Assembly (NCBI GenBank): GCA_965237955.1
Contig: OZ250169.1
Span: 7,616,001 to 7,680,000, forward strand
Direction: 5' to 3'
Source: Candidatus Marinacidobacterales bacterium
Lineage (GTDB): Bacteria > Acidobacteriota > Vicinamibacteria > Marinacidobacterales > SMYC01
DNA: 64,000 nt
Positions 51,788 through 62,109 of this stretch are shown piece by piece; position 1 is the stretch's first letter, and each line of letters starts with the position of its first letter. The position numbers and the translations under genes are program-made. Under the pieces are notes generated by a model, which saw only the letters and a list, made by a program, of their open reading frames with translations, was not told the DNA's origin and did no database searches.

Positions 51788-53887
51788 TCAGGCCCAGGTT
51801 CCTGCTTCATACACATAGAGAAAACTAAAATAGTTCTTCTGGAAGGCTTCGATCGCGGGCAATAGTTCCTGTTGGTCGCGTAGCGTTCCTTGGAACAGGT
51901 CGGCCAACTGGTTGAGGCGGGGCAGGATGGTTTTGATGTTGAACACCGTCGTGTCGAGGTCGAGGTTGAGCTCGTCCCAGTCGAGCGGGGTCGACACCGG
52001 TGCTTTTGGGCGCGGGCGTACGACGTACGCGGGGACGATGGTTTGTCCTTTGCGGTTCTGCAGAAAGTCGATGTAGACCTTGCCGCGCCGGCGGCTCACG
52101 ACGCGCTCGACGGTTGCAATGTCGTCATGCTCCTTGGCGACGTGGATCGCGACCGCTTCACAAAACTGTTTCGTGTGCTCGTAGGTGTAGTTGGGTTTGA
52201 CCGGCACGTAAATGTGAAGCCCGGTCGCGCCTGACGTCTTGAGGTACGGCCGGAGCCCGATGCCGCGAAGAACTTTTCCGAGGGTGCGCGCGATTTTAAC
52301 GACGTCGGGAAACGGCGAGCCGTCCGGATCCAGATCGAAGACGGCCCAATCGGGCGTGTCTTGCGAGCTTCGACGGGAGAACCACGGATGGATATCGATG
52401 CTCGCGAGGTTCGCCATGAGCAGTAGGGTGTCGCGGTCGTTACACACAATGCAGCGGATGGTTGCGCCTTTGCTATCGGAGGCAATCGGCTCGGTCTCCA
52501 CCCAATCGGGGATGTGGCTTGGCGCGTCTTTTTGGTAGAACGCCTTCCCGTGGATGCCGTCCGGGTAGCGGAGCATGTGGCACGGGCGTTCGTAGAGATA
52601 GGGAAGGAGCGCGTCGGCCACTTGCTCGTAGTAGCGGATGAGATCGCCTTTGGTGTATCCCTCCTCGGGCCAGAACACTTTGTCGAGATTGGTGAACTTG
52701 ATCTTCCGCTTGCGCGGTTGTTTGCGGAGCGCCTCGACGAGGTCTTCCTTGGCGACGGCTTCGGCACCTGCGACAGGGACGAGGCGCCAATCGCTCGAGG
52801 GCCCTGCGGTGTACATGCTCGAGCTTCGCTTCGCGAGGACTGCGGGTAGGCCGGCTGCCGCGGTCACGCCGTAGAACTCCTCTCCTCTCGATTGCACGTG
52901 GTCGACGAAGAGCACGTGCTGGAGCTTCGGGAGCACCGTGGCGAGCATTTGTTTGCGATCAAGAAGAGGTAACGGTGCGAGGTCCCACTCCTCGTAGTAG
53001 AGAAGGTCGAACGCGTAGAACACGACGGTCACGGCGGCGGCAGCATCAGTGTCGCCTTGCAACCGGCGCTCGAGGACTTCGCGCGAAGGCCGCTGGTTCT
53101 CGTCGGTCGCGACGAGAACACCGTCGAGATAGCCGTTCTCGCAACGCAAGCTCTTGGCGTCTTCCAAGATCTCAGGCAATGGGTCTCCGTCGACACCGAC
53201 GAGTTGCACGTCGTCGCCCTCGATGCGCAGCCCCGCCCTTTGACCGGCGAACTCAACTTCGAACAGCCAGTCGGGATCGGAAAACGCTTCCACCGTCTCG
53301 CCCGCCACCATGAGATCGAACGCATCCGGCAAGGGTGTTTGCTTGGCAGCGGCGAGATCGAAAAACGGTGCCTTCTCCGAGTCGTCACGCGCGTAACGAT
53401 CCCGCGCTTTGAACAGAATCCACTCTTGTTTCTCCGAGCGGGTCTTCACCATATGCCACTCGCCTCGGAGCTTCGCTCCCCGAAGCCGAATCTCGAGCTT
53501 CCCCGCCTCGACAGCTTGGGGACCGTCGTCGGCTTTCAAAAGCTCGTAGCGCCCGCGATCCCAGATGGTCATCGTCCCGCCGCCGTACTCTCCCTTCGGG
53601 ATCACGCCGTCGAACTCCGTGTACGCGAGGGGGTGATCCTCGGTCCGCACCGCGAGCTTTTTCACCGTCGGGTCGTAGGAAAAACCTCGTGGCACCGCCC
53701 ACGATTTCAGGACGCCTTCCATCTCCAGGCGCAGGTCGTAGTGGAGTCGCCGGGCCTCGTGGCGGTGGACCACGAACGCGGCCGATGTGGGTTGTCGATT
53801 GGTGTCTTCCGGCGGCGGTTCCGGTGTGCGCGCAAAGTCCCGCTTCTCGCGGTAGGTGTTGATGGATTTGTCGCCTGGCTTTGCCAC
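51788..53887 (-). CDS. ligD: LigD-like protein: phosphoesterase + degenerate ligase NTase + primase-polymerase
   Basis: PE HEARRLHYDLRL/EDHP; POL DLDP, KTSG, GLH, YIDFLQN; ligase motif I reads EVEFAG. Confidence 0.85.
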   Translation of the reverse strand: MAKPGDKSINTYREKRDFARTPEPPPEDTNRQPTSAAFVVHRHEARRLHYDLRLEMEGVLKSWAVPRGFSYDPTVKKLAVRTEDHPLAYTEFDGVIPKGEYGGGTMTIWDRGRYELLKADDGPQAVEAGKLEIRLRGAKLRGEWHMVKTRSEKQEWILFKARDRYARDDSEKAPFFDLAAAKQTPLPDAFDLMVAGETVEAFSDPDWLFEVEFAGQRAGLRIEGDDVQLVGVDGDPLPEILEDAKSLRCENGYLDGVLVATDENQRPSREVLERRLQGDTDAAAAVTVVFYAFDLLYYEEWDLAPLPLLDRKQMLATVLPKLQHVLFVDHVQSRGEEFYGVTAAAGLPAVLAKRSSSMYTAGPSSDWRLVPVAGAEAVAKEDLVEALRKQPRKRKIKFTNLDKVFWPEEGYTKGDLIRYYEQVADALLPYLYERPCHMLRYPDGIHGKAFYQKDAPSHIPDWVETEPIASDSKGATIRCIVCNDRDTLLLMANLASIDIHPWFSRRSSQDTPDWAVFDLDPDGSPFPDVVKIARTLGKVLRGIGLRPYLKTSGATGLHIYVPVKPNYTYEHTKQFCEAVAIHVAKEHDDIATVERVVSRRRGKVYIDFLQNRKGQTIVPAYVVRPRPKAPVSTPLDWDELNLDLDTTVFNIKTILPRLNQLADLFQGTLRDQQELLPAIEAFQKNYFSFLYVYEAGTWA

Positions 53888-53906
53888 GCGGCAGTTTAAC
53901 GGATTG

Positions 53907-54674
53907 CTACTGTTGTTGTTGCTGCTGCCGGCGCCGCTGCTCTTGTTGGTTCATGTCAGGCGGCACCGGAATCGGCCGACCCAACGCATCCATGAACGGC
54001 ATCATGGCCGGCGGCGGCGCGGTCTGGTTCGGTTGCTCCTGGTTTGCACCCGGCGCGACCGACCCCGGCAAACCGGGGGTGAATCTGCTGCGCGGGTACG
54101 ACGGGGGCGGCGGCAGGTAGCTCGGAACCGGCGAGCTTCCTGGCGGTGCGAAGTCAGCCGGCCCATTTTCATTGTCCGGATCGTCGACGAGATCGTCGTT
54201 CATGTCGTCGAAGTCGTCGTCCTCATCCATCATGTCATCGTCCATGTCGTCGAAGTCGTCGTACCCGTCATCGACCGGATCCGCCAGGCGCACCGGCGGT
54301 CGTCGCGGCGGTGGTGCCGCGCGCGCGGGCCCTCCGCCTCCCGCTCCCACGAATATCTTGTCGACCCGTCCCCAATCGCGAGGATCTATCATCACGGCAT
54401 AGTTCACGCCGTTGCCTTCGAGTAACCGCTGAATCGCCATCGCGAGAGGAACATTCTCGAGGTTCGCGGTGAGGCGTTTGTTCTTGACGGCGTCTTCGAG
54501 AATGAGCTCGAGCCCAGCTACCTCTTCGAGCTTCTCGAACACGCTCGCAAGCGGAGCGTTGCTGCAGCTGATGCTCACCAGTCCGCCTTCGTAGCTCGCC
54601 GAGACCGACTGCGCGGACGCTTGTGCCGTGAGGAGGACGAGCGTTGCGAGGAGCGGAAGACACCTCTTGACCAT
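53907..54674 (-). CDS. Secreted hypothetical protein with STN-like domain and D/P/Q-rich tail
   Basis: Signal peptide, NAPLASVFEKL..., low-complexity C-terminus. Confidence 0.6.
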   Translation of the reverse strand: MVKRCLPLLATLVLLTAQASAQSVSASYEGGLVSISCSNAPLASVFEKLEEVAGLELILEDAVKNKRLTANLENVPLAMAIQRLLEGNGVNYAVMIDPRDWGRVDKIFVGAGGGGPARAAPPPRRPPVRLADPVDDGYDDFDDMDDDMMDEDDDFDDMNDDLVDDPDNENGPADFAPPGSSPVPSYLPPPPSYPRSRFTPGLPGSVAPGANQEQPNQTAPPPAMMPFMDALGRPIPVPPDMNQQEQRRRQQQQQQ

Positions 54675-54726
54675 TACCCGGGTTTTCTCCTTATTATGCC
54701 AACGTAGCACTGTCCGACCAGCTCTG

Positions 54727-55809
54727 TCAAAGCGCCTGTCGATACGCGTTCAGAGTCCGCCGAGCGGTGGCTTCCCATACGAAGTCCGGCGCACGAGCGA
54801 GGCCACGCGCTCGAAGCGTCGCTCGAAGTCCCGTATCAGCAAGTATTTGCGTGAGACCATCAGCGATGGCCTCTTCGTCCAAAGGATCCACGTACAAGAC
54901 GGCGTCGCCTCCGACTTCGGGCAGCGCGCCGCGCCTCGTCGTGACGACGGGCGTGCCGCACGCCATCGACTCGAGGACGGGCATCCCGAATCCCTCGGCG
55001 AGCGAGGGATACGCGAGCGCTTCAGCGAGGTTGTAGAGTCCGGGAAGATCTTCGTCGGGAACGGCACCGAGCAGCTTGACCGTGCCATCGGGTAGCGCGT
55101 CGACTTTCTCGAGGATGGGTTCAAAGCGAAAATCCGACACCCCTACTAGCGCCAGGGTGACGTCGCCGTCGAGCTGCGCGATGGCACCGATGAGCCGCTC
55201 CAAGTTTTTCCGGGGCTCGAGGCGGCCCACCGACAACACGAAAGGTCGGTCGAGTCCGTATCGTTTCAAGAGCTCGACCGGCGGCGTGTCCAAAGGTCGG
55301 AAGCGGTCATGATCGACAGCGTCGTAGGTGACGATCACGCGCTCGTCGGGGATTCCGTACGTCTCGAGGATCGCCTGGCGCGAAAACTCCGAGACGGTGA
55401 GCACGGCGCGCGCTCGCTTCGCGGAGCGACGGATGAGCCCTCTCGAGCGTTTCGAGAAAGCCCCCTCGAAGAGCTCAGGATGGGTCTCGAACAACACGTC
55501 GTGGATGGTAACGACTTCGGGCACGAACGAAAGCGGTGGTGCGATGTACTGAGAGTGGAACACGTCGAGACCGTGCACGAGCTCGAGCACGGGAACGACG
55601 AACGGGAGCCGGATTTTGGCCGTTCGGGGAAACACCCGGTGATGCGATCCGTCTATTAGTTGCCGCGTGGCGTCTGGCTCGAAGCTGAAGACACGCAGCT
55701 CGTCGTCCTCCTTGAGGAGGGGCGCGAGAGCGCGGATCAGTTGAAGGAGATAGGTGCGGCTGCCTTGAGGTTTGCCGTTCAGGTGGTGGGCGTCGATGCC
55801 GATGCGCAT
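54727..55809 (-). CDS. Glycosyltransferase family 4
   Basis: TIHD, EPRKN, EGFGMPVLE. Confidence 0.9.
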   Translation of the reverse strand: MRIGIDAHHLNGKPQGSRTYLLQLIRALAPLLKEDDELRVFSFEPDATRQLIDGSHHRVFPRTAKIRLPFVVPVLELVHGLDVFHSQYIAPPLSFVPEVVTIHDVLFETHPELFEGAFSKRSRGLIRRSAKRARAVLTVSEFSRQAILETYGIPDERVIVTYDAVDHDRFRPLDTPPVELLKRYGLDRPFVLSVGRLEPRKNLERLIGAIAQLDGDVTLALVGVSDFRFEPILEKVDALPDGTVKLLGAVPDEDLPGLYNLAEALAYPSLAEGFGMPVLESMACGTPVVTTRRGALPEVGGDAVLYVDPLDEEAIADGLTQILADTGLRATLRARGLARAPDFVWEATARRTLNAYRQAL

Positions 55810-55828
55810 CCGAAATTAAGGGGGGAAT

Positions 55829-56710
55829 CTAGGGTTGACGCCGTTGATTACGCTGTTGCGGGCCGGCCGTGCCCGGTTGTCTGAAACCAGGCCGTTGACC
55901 GGGACCCACCGGTTGGCCGACGTTGGGTTGACCGGGACGCGCACCCGAGCCCGGTTGACCCGGAAGAATCTGCCCGGGTTGGCCTTGTTGCACACCGCCG
56001 GGACCCGTTGGAGCCGATCCGAAACGAAAACTGGTCAGGCCCGGCGGAGGCGGAAGGCCGGGGAACGGGCTTTGAGCTCCTGCCTGTCCGCCCGGCTGGA
56101 CGCCAAGCTGAACAGAGGGCGCGGGACGGCCCGCTTGTTGCTGCCCGCCATAGACGAAGAGCCAGTCTTTGTACTTCTCCTTGCCCGGCACTTTGTAAAA
56201 CGTTTCTTCGTCGCTCGCGCTCGCGACACCGACGATACCGCCCATGCTTTGATCGGACGCTCCGCGCCCCATCGTCGATTGGAAACGTCCGCCGGTGGGC
56301 TGGCCAGGTGTTCTCAGCCGTGCGCGCGAACGATTCAAGTCGGTGATGCCGGCGGCGCGTGCCGCCGCTTCTTGTTGCTGCTGGGCGCCCTGTTGGAGCT
56401 CCGGAGACAGTTGACGGATCAAACGGAACGAACCGTCTTCGGTTTCGGCGAACGGGTCTTTGTACTCCCTCCGCAGGAACTTCCCCTCGATGAGGATCTC
56501 CATGTTCGGAGGATACGCGCCGGGAAACTTACGCTGGTAGAGCTCGATCGCTTGCATGTACTGATAGCCGCGAAAGATGAGCTCTTTCTCGCGCTCGCGC
56601 TGGACGATCTTCTGCCACAGCGGCACGGCGGCCGTCATCGAGATACCGAGGATCACGAGACCGATGGCAATGCCGAACAAAACGTACCCGGCTTCGCGAT
56701 CGCGTCTCAT
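55829..56710 (-). CDS. Type II secretion pseudopilin-like protein
   Basis: AGYVL prepilin-like N-terminus, REKELIFRG, FLRREYKDP. Confidence 0.7.
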   Translation of the reverse strand: MRRDREAGYVLFGIAIGLVILGISMTAAVPLWQKIVQREREKELIFRGYQYMQAIELYQRKFPGAYPPNMEILIEGKFLRREYKDPFAETEDGSFRLIRQLSPELQQGAQQQQEAAARAAGITDLNRSRARLRTPGQPTGGRFQSTMGRGASDQSMGGIVGVASASDEETFYKVPGKEKYKDWLFVYGGQQQAGRPAPSVQLGVQPGGQAGAQSPFPGLPPPPGLTSFRFGSAPTGPGGVQQGQPGQILPGQPGSGARPGQPNVGQPVGPGQRPGFRQPGTAGPQQRNQRRQP

Positions 56711-57345
56711 TCGTCGGCCTCCCGAGCGCGCTCGTACACGCGCAGTACTCTCCCGACGTAGTCCCGCGTTTCTCGATAAGGCGGCACGCCTCCGTATTTA
56801 CGCACGGCGTCCGGGCTGGCATTGTACGCTGCGAGTGCTAAGGACAGATCGCCGTCGTGCTCGTCGAGCATGCGCCGGAGGTAGTGCGAGCCGCCGTCGA
56901 CGTTTTGTCCCGGGTCGAGGACGTTACCGACGCCGAGCTCGCGCGCCGTCGCCGGCATGAGCTGCATCAGGCCCCGCGCGCCTTTTTTCGAGACCGCGTT
57001 GGGATCGCCGCTCGACTCGGCCCAAATCACCGCCGCAACGAGATTGGGATCGAGGTCGTATTTCGCCGCCGCCGGTTGGATCACGGACTCGAGATGCGGA
57101 AGCAAGCGCACTTCCTCCGGATCCGCGCTCTCGTTCTCGACGATCTCGTTCGGGACGATGTTCGCGACGAGGTCCGCGGGGACGGTGACCTCTCCGCCAC
57201 CGGTGAGAAACAACGTGAGCTCTTCGTCCGCTCTCTCGAAGCGATCGATATATAGAATCTTCCCGCTCGACATGACCGCGATCTCGGCCGACGCCGATAC
57301 CGCAACCACTGAGCACGACACGAGCAGCAAGAGTCCGAGCTTCAT
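56707..57345 (-). CDS. Lytic transglycosylase (SLT)
   Basis: AES, GLMQLMP, AAYNA, ETRDYV. Confidence 0.9.
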   Translation of the reverse strand: MKLGLLLLVSCSVVAVSASAEIAVMSSGKILYIDRFERADEELTLFLTGGGEVTVPADLVANIVPNEIVENESADPEEVRLLPHLESVIQPAAAKYDLDPNLVAAVIWAESSGDPNAVSKKGARGLMQLMPATARELGVGNVLDPGQNVDGGSHYLRRMLDEHDGDLSLALAAYNASPDAVRKYGGVPPYRETRDYVGRVLRVYERAREADE

Positions 57346-57830
57346 TCCGATTTCGTAGCCTCCCACGTACCGTTCGAGGGACCGCACACACCGAGATTGT
57401 CAGCCTGTTTCTCGGTGACGCTGTTAATGAAAGCGCCGTTCGCGATCTCATCACCCATGAACGTGCCGGACACCGTCAACGTGCCGACATAGTACTTCCC
57501 GCCCTCCTCGTCCCTGCGCCAGATCACGGTACCGGAGAACGAGTCGGCGCTGACCACGGACTCGTAGCCGTTGAGGTTCAACACGAGCCGGCCGCCGGTG
57601 CAGTCATGGTGAAGCGTCAGGGTTGTGCGCACCACGTTGCCGCTGGCGCGCACGTCGTAGCGAAGGGTACGTCCTTGATCGGTCAAACCGTCCCATCGCC
57701 CGGCGATATCGAACTGCGTCGGAGGCACGTCCGGCACCGTCGGCGACGGCGGTGGTGGGTCTTCGAACTCGTTGCACGAAGAGACGGCGGCTGCGACTAA
57801 CAGGCAAGTCAGTAATACTTTGAGTTTCAA
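57342..57830 (-). CDS. Hypothetical lipoprotein
   Basis: VSSC lipobox, overlaps both neighbours. Confidence 0.65.
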   Translation of the reverse strand: MKLKVLLTCLLVAAAVSSCNEFEDPPPPSPTVPDVPPTQFDIAGRWDGLTDQGRTLRYDVRASGNVVRTTLTLHHDCTGGRLVLNLNGYESVVSADSFSGTVIWRRDEEGGKYYVGTLTVSGTFMGDEIANGAFINSVTEKQADNLGVCGPSNGTWEATKSE

Positions 57831-58786
57831 TCGAATACCCTAAACGCGTCGGTGAGCGTGTCGGTCCCATTGTCGGGGTTCGTCACGATGACGTCGCGCG
57901 GTCCACTTGTGGTTGTTGGATCGATCGTGATCTTGACCGAAAGCGTCTCCGCGTTGACGAAGGTGATGACGTCGATCGCGATGCCCACACCGAAGCTTAC
58001 CGTGGCGCCGGGTTGGAATTTCTGGCCTCCGATCGTCACGGTAAGCGAACTATCTTTGGTGCCGGAGCTCGGCGCGACGAAGTCGATGAGAGGTGGGTCG
58101 AAGACTGCTCGGGAGACGATCACCGTTCCTGACGACGCGCCGGAGGTCACGGTCACCGTTGCCGACGTCGTTCCGTCGTCGAGGAGCGTCAAGCGATCGA
58201 ACGCTTGCCCGCTGGCGTTGGTCCGGAGGATGGAGCCTTGCGATGCCATCGTTCCGGCATCAGTGCTGAAGATCACGATCACGTCGGGAAGCAAGTTGCC
58301 GCGGTTGTCGGTGACCGTGGCAACGATCTCCGAGGTGAAGTCGGCCGGACCGAGAAGCGACGGGTTCGCGACGACAGTGATGACGAGCTCGCCGGCATCG
58401 CCAGCGCCGATCTCTACCGTCACCGTTTGAGCGGAGAGGCTTCCGGAGCTCGCGGTCACCGTCGCCTGTCCTGCTCGGCCGTTACTCTGAAGTGTGGCGC
58501 GGGCGATGCCGTTCTCGGTCGCCACGCGCTCTTCGATGGCTCCGAGGCTGGTGGTGAAAAAGATCTGGGTGCCGTCGGCGACCGTGCCACCACCGTCGCC
58601 TGCGGCCTTGAACAAGGTGGCGGTAATCGTCGAAGCTCCGCCTATTACAGCGATCGATTGGGGGTTGGCTTGGATCGTCATCGTGGCTTCGTTCGGCGCC
58701 GTCAACGGCACGGGCTTGCATGCTGATAGCGCCAACGCGCTCACGAACAGAACTAACCCCGTGAAAGTCGTTCGGTTCAGGTTCAT
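57827..58786 (-). CDS. Lipoprotein with invasin-like Ig (Big_1) and IPT/TIG domains
   Basis: LSAC lipobox, GIARATL, TDNRGN, VIVTNPD. Confidence 0.7.
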   Translation of the reverse strand: MNLNRTTFTGLVLFVSALALSACKPVPLTAPNEATMTIQANPQSIAVIGGASTITATLFKAAGDGGGTVADGTQIFFTTSLGAIEERVATENGIARATLQSNGRAGQATVTASSGSLSAQTVTVEIGAGDAGELVITVVANPSLLGPADFTSEIVATVTDNRGNLLPDVIVIFSTDAGTMASQGSILRTNASGQAFDRLTLLDDGTTSATVTVTSGASSGTVIVSRAVFDPPLIDFVAPSSGTKDSSLTVTIGGQKFQPGATVSFGVGIAIDVITFVNAETLSVKITIDPTTTSGPRDVIVTNPDNGTDTLTDAFRVFD

Positions 58787-61140
58787 GGACGCACCTCGAT
58801 GCGAAGCGAGGCAAAGCTCGCTGGGAGGCTTGCTCCGGTTGGATCTCTCAATGAGCCGCGCGCGCTCACCACGCGCGGCGGACTTTCGGCCAAGACTTCG
58901 AAACCGAGCCGGACGAGGTGTCCGGAACCGCGGAGCCCGGTGGTATCTTGCTCGCGAGCGAACGCGATGGTGACCGAGCCCGGGTTGAAGGTCGGCATGA
59001 AGGTGACCGGTTTGCCGTCGATCGACAGAAACGCCCCCGCCTGAACGTCGAAAAGACGCAATACGTTCTCGTCGTACGAGATCGTGATCTCGCCCGCCGA
59101 CAGACCGCGCGCGCCTCCCGCGAGGAGCACGACTGCCACCTGGTCTCCTACTGCGGCGGAGGCGGTCGGTGGGCTGAAGAGGATCGAGACCGGGCCCCCG
59201 GGCTCCGGCCCGGCCGTCGGCTCCGGCGAGATTGCGGGTGGAGGTAGGGGGGGGACGACGACCTCGTCCGGGTCGTCCTCGAAATCATCGAGCTCGTCGC
59301 TGACTTCGTCGATTTCGTCGTCATCGATTTCATCGGGGATTTCATCGGGGACCCGCTCTTCGGGGAGGACCGCTGCGTCCCGCACCGCGTCGAAGATGAA
59401 AGGTCGCGCCCCGGGAACTTTGATTTGCTGCTCGGTTCCCATGGGCAGCGGTGCGAGATCCATCTCGGTAACCCTCGGCGCGCGCACGATGTGCGGCGTC
59501 ACCGAGAAAACGATGTCGTTGCTGGAAGTCTCTGCGTCGTTGTCCGCGAACAGCTTGCTGAGCAGAGGAATGTCGGTCAGCCCGGGAAGGCCGGCGACGC
59601 TTCGAATGTCCGATTGTTGGATGAGCCCTCCGATGAGGTTCGTCTCTCCATCTCTGAGTCGCACCATGGTGTTGACGTTCCTGGTACCGAAGACGGGAAG
59701 CTCGATGCCGCCGATGACGCGCGTATCGAGTTGCGTGCTCGTCTCGAGCGAGATCTGCAACTCGATCTCGCCGTCGATGAATACCTTGGGTGTGATGGTG
59801 ACGTTGATACCGATGGTCCGATACTGGAACGACGTCACTGGTGTCGAGGGTATGCCGCCGGTGCCGAACTGGGACACGAACGACGTCACCGGGATGGGAA
59901 TGTCGGAACCGAGCCGGAGCTCCGCGGGCTGTCCTTCGCTCGCGCGGAGCTTGGGCGCGGACAGGATCCGAGCCTCCGACTTGCTCTTGAACAACCGGAA
60001 CGAGGCGCCGGTCGGGAAGCTGATCACGAAATCGGACGAGTCGACGGACACGAGGCGATTGAGTCTCAATGCGGTGAGCCCGGTTCCCGCCTCGCCGTCA
60101 CCAGAGACGCCGCCGCCGGCAGGTGCGAACCCGAGCCCGATCTCGTACTCCGCGGCGCGCAGCCCGTATTCGAACATCTTGTTGCGGTTGACCTCGAGGA
60201 TCTCGATGTCGAGCATGATCTCCGATTTCGTTTTGTCGTTGAGATCGACGATGCGCTCGGCGACAGCGACCTGGTCGGGAGTCGCTCGGACCGTAATCGA
60301 CTTGAGCTCCGGATTGGGTTGAACGCGCTGGATCCCCGCGATGGTGCGTAGCATGTTGGCGATGGTGTTGACTTCCGCGTTGATGATGAAGAAGGTGCGG
60401 AGCACGAGGTCGTCGTATTTGCGATGCTTTTGCGCGTTGTCGGGGACGATGATGATCGTGGACGAATCGACGACCTTATAGAACAGCCGGTTGATCAGGA
60501 CGAGCTTGTCGAGCGCCTCCACGAACGAGACATCGACGAGATCGATGGTGACCCGCTTGTCGCCGAACGATTCGTCGAACAAGACGTTGATCCCGGAAAG
60601 CTTGGACAGAACTTCGAAGATCTTTTGCAAGCTCGTATCTTCGGCGAAACGGAGCTGGATCGGAGCTGCCGACGACGGCTCGAGGATCGGGCGTTGGCCG
60701 AAGAGCTCGCGGGCGCGGCGCCGGCGGCTCTCGAAAGTCTCTGCCTCATCCCGCAACGCTTCGCGTTCCTTGAGTCGTTCTCTGGTTTCGTTGAGGATCG
60801 ATTGCGCGTAGCGGTTCGTCGGATCGAGATCGACCGAGAGCTCGAGCTCCGCGATCGCCTCTTCCAGATCCTCGGCGGCAAGACGTTTTTGTGCCTGCTG
60901 CACGTGATAGGCGGCCGATTCGATGAGGGCGCGTTCGAGGCCGAGCCGGTACTCGATGTTCTCGGGGTCTTCGTTGACGGCGCGGGTGTAGTGCACGACC
61001 GCGACGTCCCACTCGCCCTGCCGCGAAGCTGTCCGTGCCTTCTTGTGTGCGCTCGATCCGGCACTGCAGCTCACAAGGCCCAAGCCGGTCAAAAGACTCA
61101 GGAGAAGGAGCAATGCAAGTTGGGGTGTTCGTCTTCTCAT
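58783..61140 (-). CDS. gspD: Secretin (GspD-like) with TPR N-terminus and cohesin-like C-terminus
   Basis: LDIEILE, LSAPKL, IGINV, LRDGET..IGGL, TPHIV. Confidence 0.85.
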   Translation of the reverse strand: MRRRTPQLALLLLLSLLTGLGLVSCSAGSSAHKKARTASRQGEWDVAVVHYTRAVNEDPENIEYRLGLERALIESAAYHVQQAQKRLAAEDLEEAIAELELSVDLDPTNRYAQSILNETRERLKEREALRDEAETFESRRRRARELFGQRPILEPSSAAPIQLRFAEDTSLQKIFEVLSKLSGINVLFDESFGDKRVTIDLVDVSFVEALDKLVLINRLFYKVVDSSTIIIVPDNAQKHRKYDDLVLRTFFIINAEVNTIANMLRTIAGIQRVQPNPELKSITVRATPDQVAVAERIVDLNDKTKSEIMLDIEILEVNRNKMFEYGLRAAEYEIGLGFAPAGGGVSGDGEAGTGLTALRLNRLVSVDSSDFVISFPTGASFRLFKSKSEARILSAPKLRASEGQPAELRLGSDIPIPVTSFVSQFGTGGIPSTPVTSFQYRTIGINVTITPKVFIDGEIELQISLETSTQLDTRVIGGIELPVFGTRNVNTMVRLRDGETNLIGGLIQQSDIRSVAGLPGLTDIPLLSKLFADNDAETSSNDIVFSVTPHIVRAPRVTEMDLAPLPMGTEQQIKVPGARPFIFDAVRDAAVLPEERVPDEIPDEIDDDEIDEVSDELDDFEDDPDEVVVPPLPPPAISPEPTAGPEPGGPVSILFSPPTASAAVGDQVAVVLLAGGARGLSAGEITISYDENVLRLFDVQAGAFLSIDGKPVTFMPTFNPGSVTIAFAREQDTTGLRGSGHLVRLGFEVLAESPPRVVSARGSLRDPTGASLPASFASLRIEVRP

Positions 61141-61146
61141 GACTCC

Positions 61147-61689
61147 TCAGTTGGCCTGAAGGGGGATGCGCTGGGTAGCGCTCGACCCTTCGGCGGAAAC
61201 GGTGACCGATTCCAGGCCGATCTCGACCACGGTGAAACGGTTCGCGATCGTGTCTCCTTCGGCGCCTGCGAAAATCTCGTTGCCGTCGAGAAAAATGGCG
61301 TACTTCGATTTGTCTCCGGACGCTTCGGTCTTCTCGACGAAGCCGGCGTATTTGACGTTCACTCGGGTGCCGGGTCGCGTCGGTGCCGTTCGCGGGATCG
61401 TCGTCGTCGTCTGGACCTGGGCTCGCGCCGTTGTCGTGGGCGTCGGCCGCGTCGGGGTGGGTCGCCGCACGGGTCCGTAGGCGAACAAGTTCCTGCCTTG
61501 CCCCTCGTATTCCGGGACCGGCGGCAGCATCGCTCTCAAATCGAGATCGCCTTTCACGGGAGCGGATGCGGGTCCGCCGCGCCGCCGAGTGCTCGTGTCG
61601 GCCGGCGCGTCCGCTGGTGCGTCCGCCGGCGCACAGGAGTACCCGAGTCCTATTGCGAGACATATCATCGCGATCGCTTGCCTACGCAT
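61147..61689 (-). CDS. Hypothetical T2SS/T4P accessory (PilP-like) lipoprotein
   Basis: GRNLFAY; operon position. Confidence 0.55.
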   Translation of the reverse strand: MRRQAIAMICLAIGLGYSCAPADAPADAPADTSTRRRGGPASAPVKGDLDLRAMLPPVPEYEGQGRNLFAYGPVRRPTPTRPTPTTTARAQVQTTTTIPRTAPTRPGTRVNVKYAGFVEKTEASGDKSKYAIFLDGNEIFAGAEGDTIANRFTVVEIGLESVTVSAEGSSATQRIPLQAN

Positions 61690-61691
61690 CC

Positions 61692-62105
61692 TCACCACTC
61701 GCTGTAGGGTCTTCCGTCCGTGCCGACGTCGGCCGATCGGCTGCGCACGTCCTCGATCCCGGGCTTGGCGTCGGGCTCGTTGGGGTCGTAGTCGGAATAG
61801 ACTTCTTCCCACTCGGCAAGGCCGCTGATGGGATCCTCCGGAATGTCCCTCAGGTAACCGCCGTCGACGAGCTCCTGCAGACTGTTCGGATACTTGTTGC
61901 GGTCGGCCCTGAACTGATCGAGCCGCTCTCTCATGATGGCGAGGTTATTCTCGAGAACTCCCTCGCGGGTCACACGCACCTGGGCGATATAAATCGGAAT
62001 CGCGATGGTCAACAGGATCGAAAGCATGACCATAACGATCACCATCTCGATAAACGTGAACCCACCGATGGCCGATGGCCGATGGCCGACGGCGCCGCGC
62101 TTCAC
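61692..62105 (-). CDS. GspG-like pseudopilin
   Basis: GFTFIE, YP.SL.ELV, IPEDP. Confidence 0.85.
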   Translation of the reverse strand: MKRGAVGHRPSAIGGFTFIEMVIVMVMLSILLTIAIPIYIAQVRVTREGVLENNLAIMRERLDQFRADRNKYPNSLQELVDGGYLRDIPEDPISGLAEWEEVYSDYDPNEPDAKPGIEDVRSRSADVGTDGRPYSEW

Positions 62106-62109
62106 AAAT

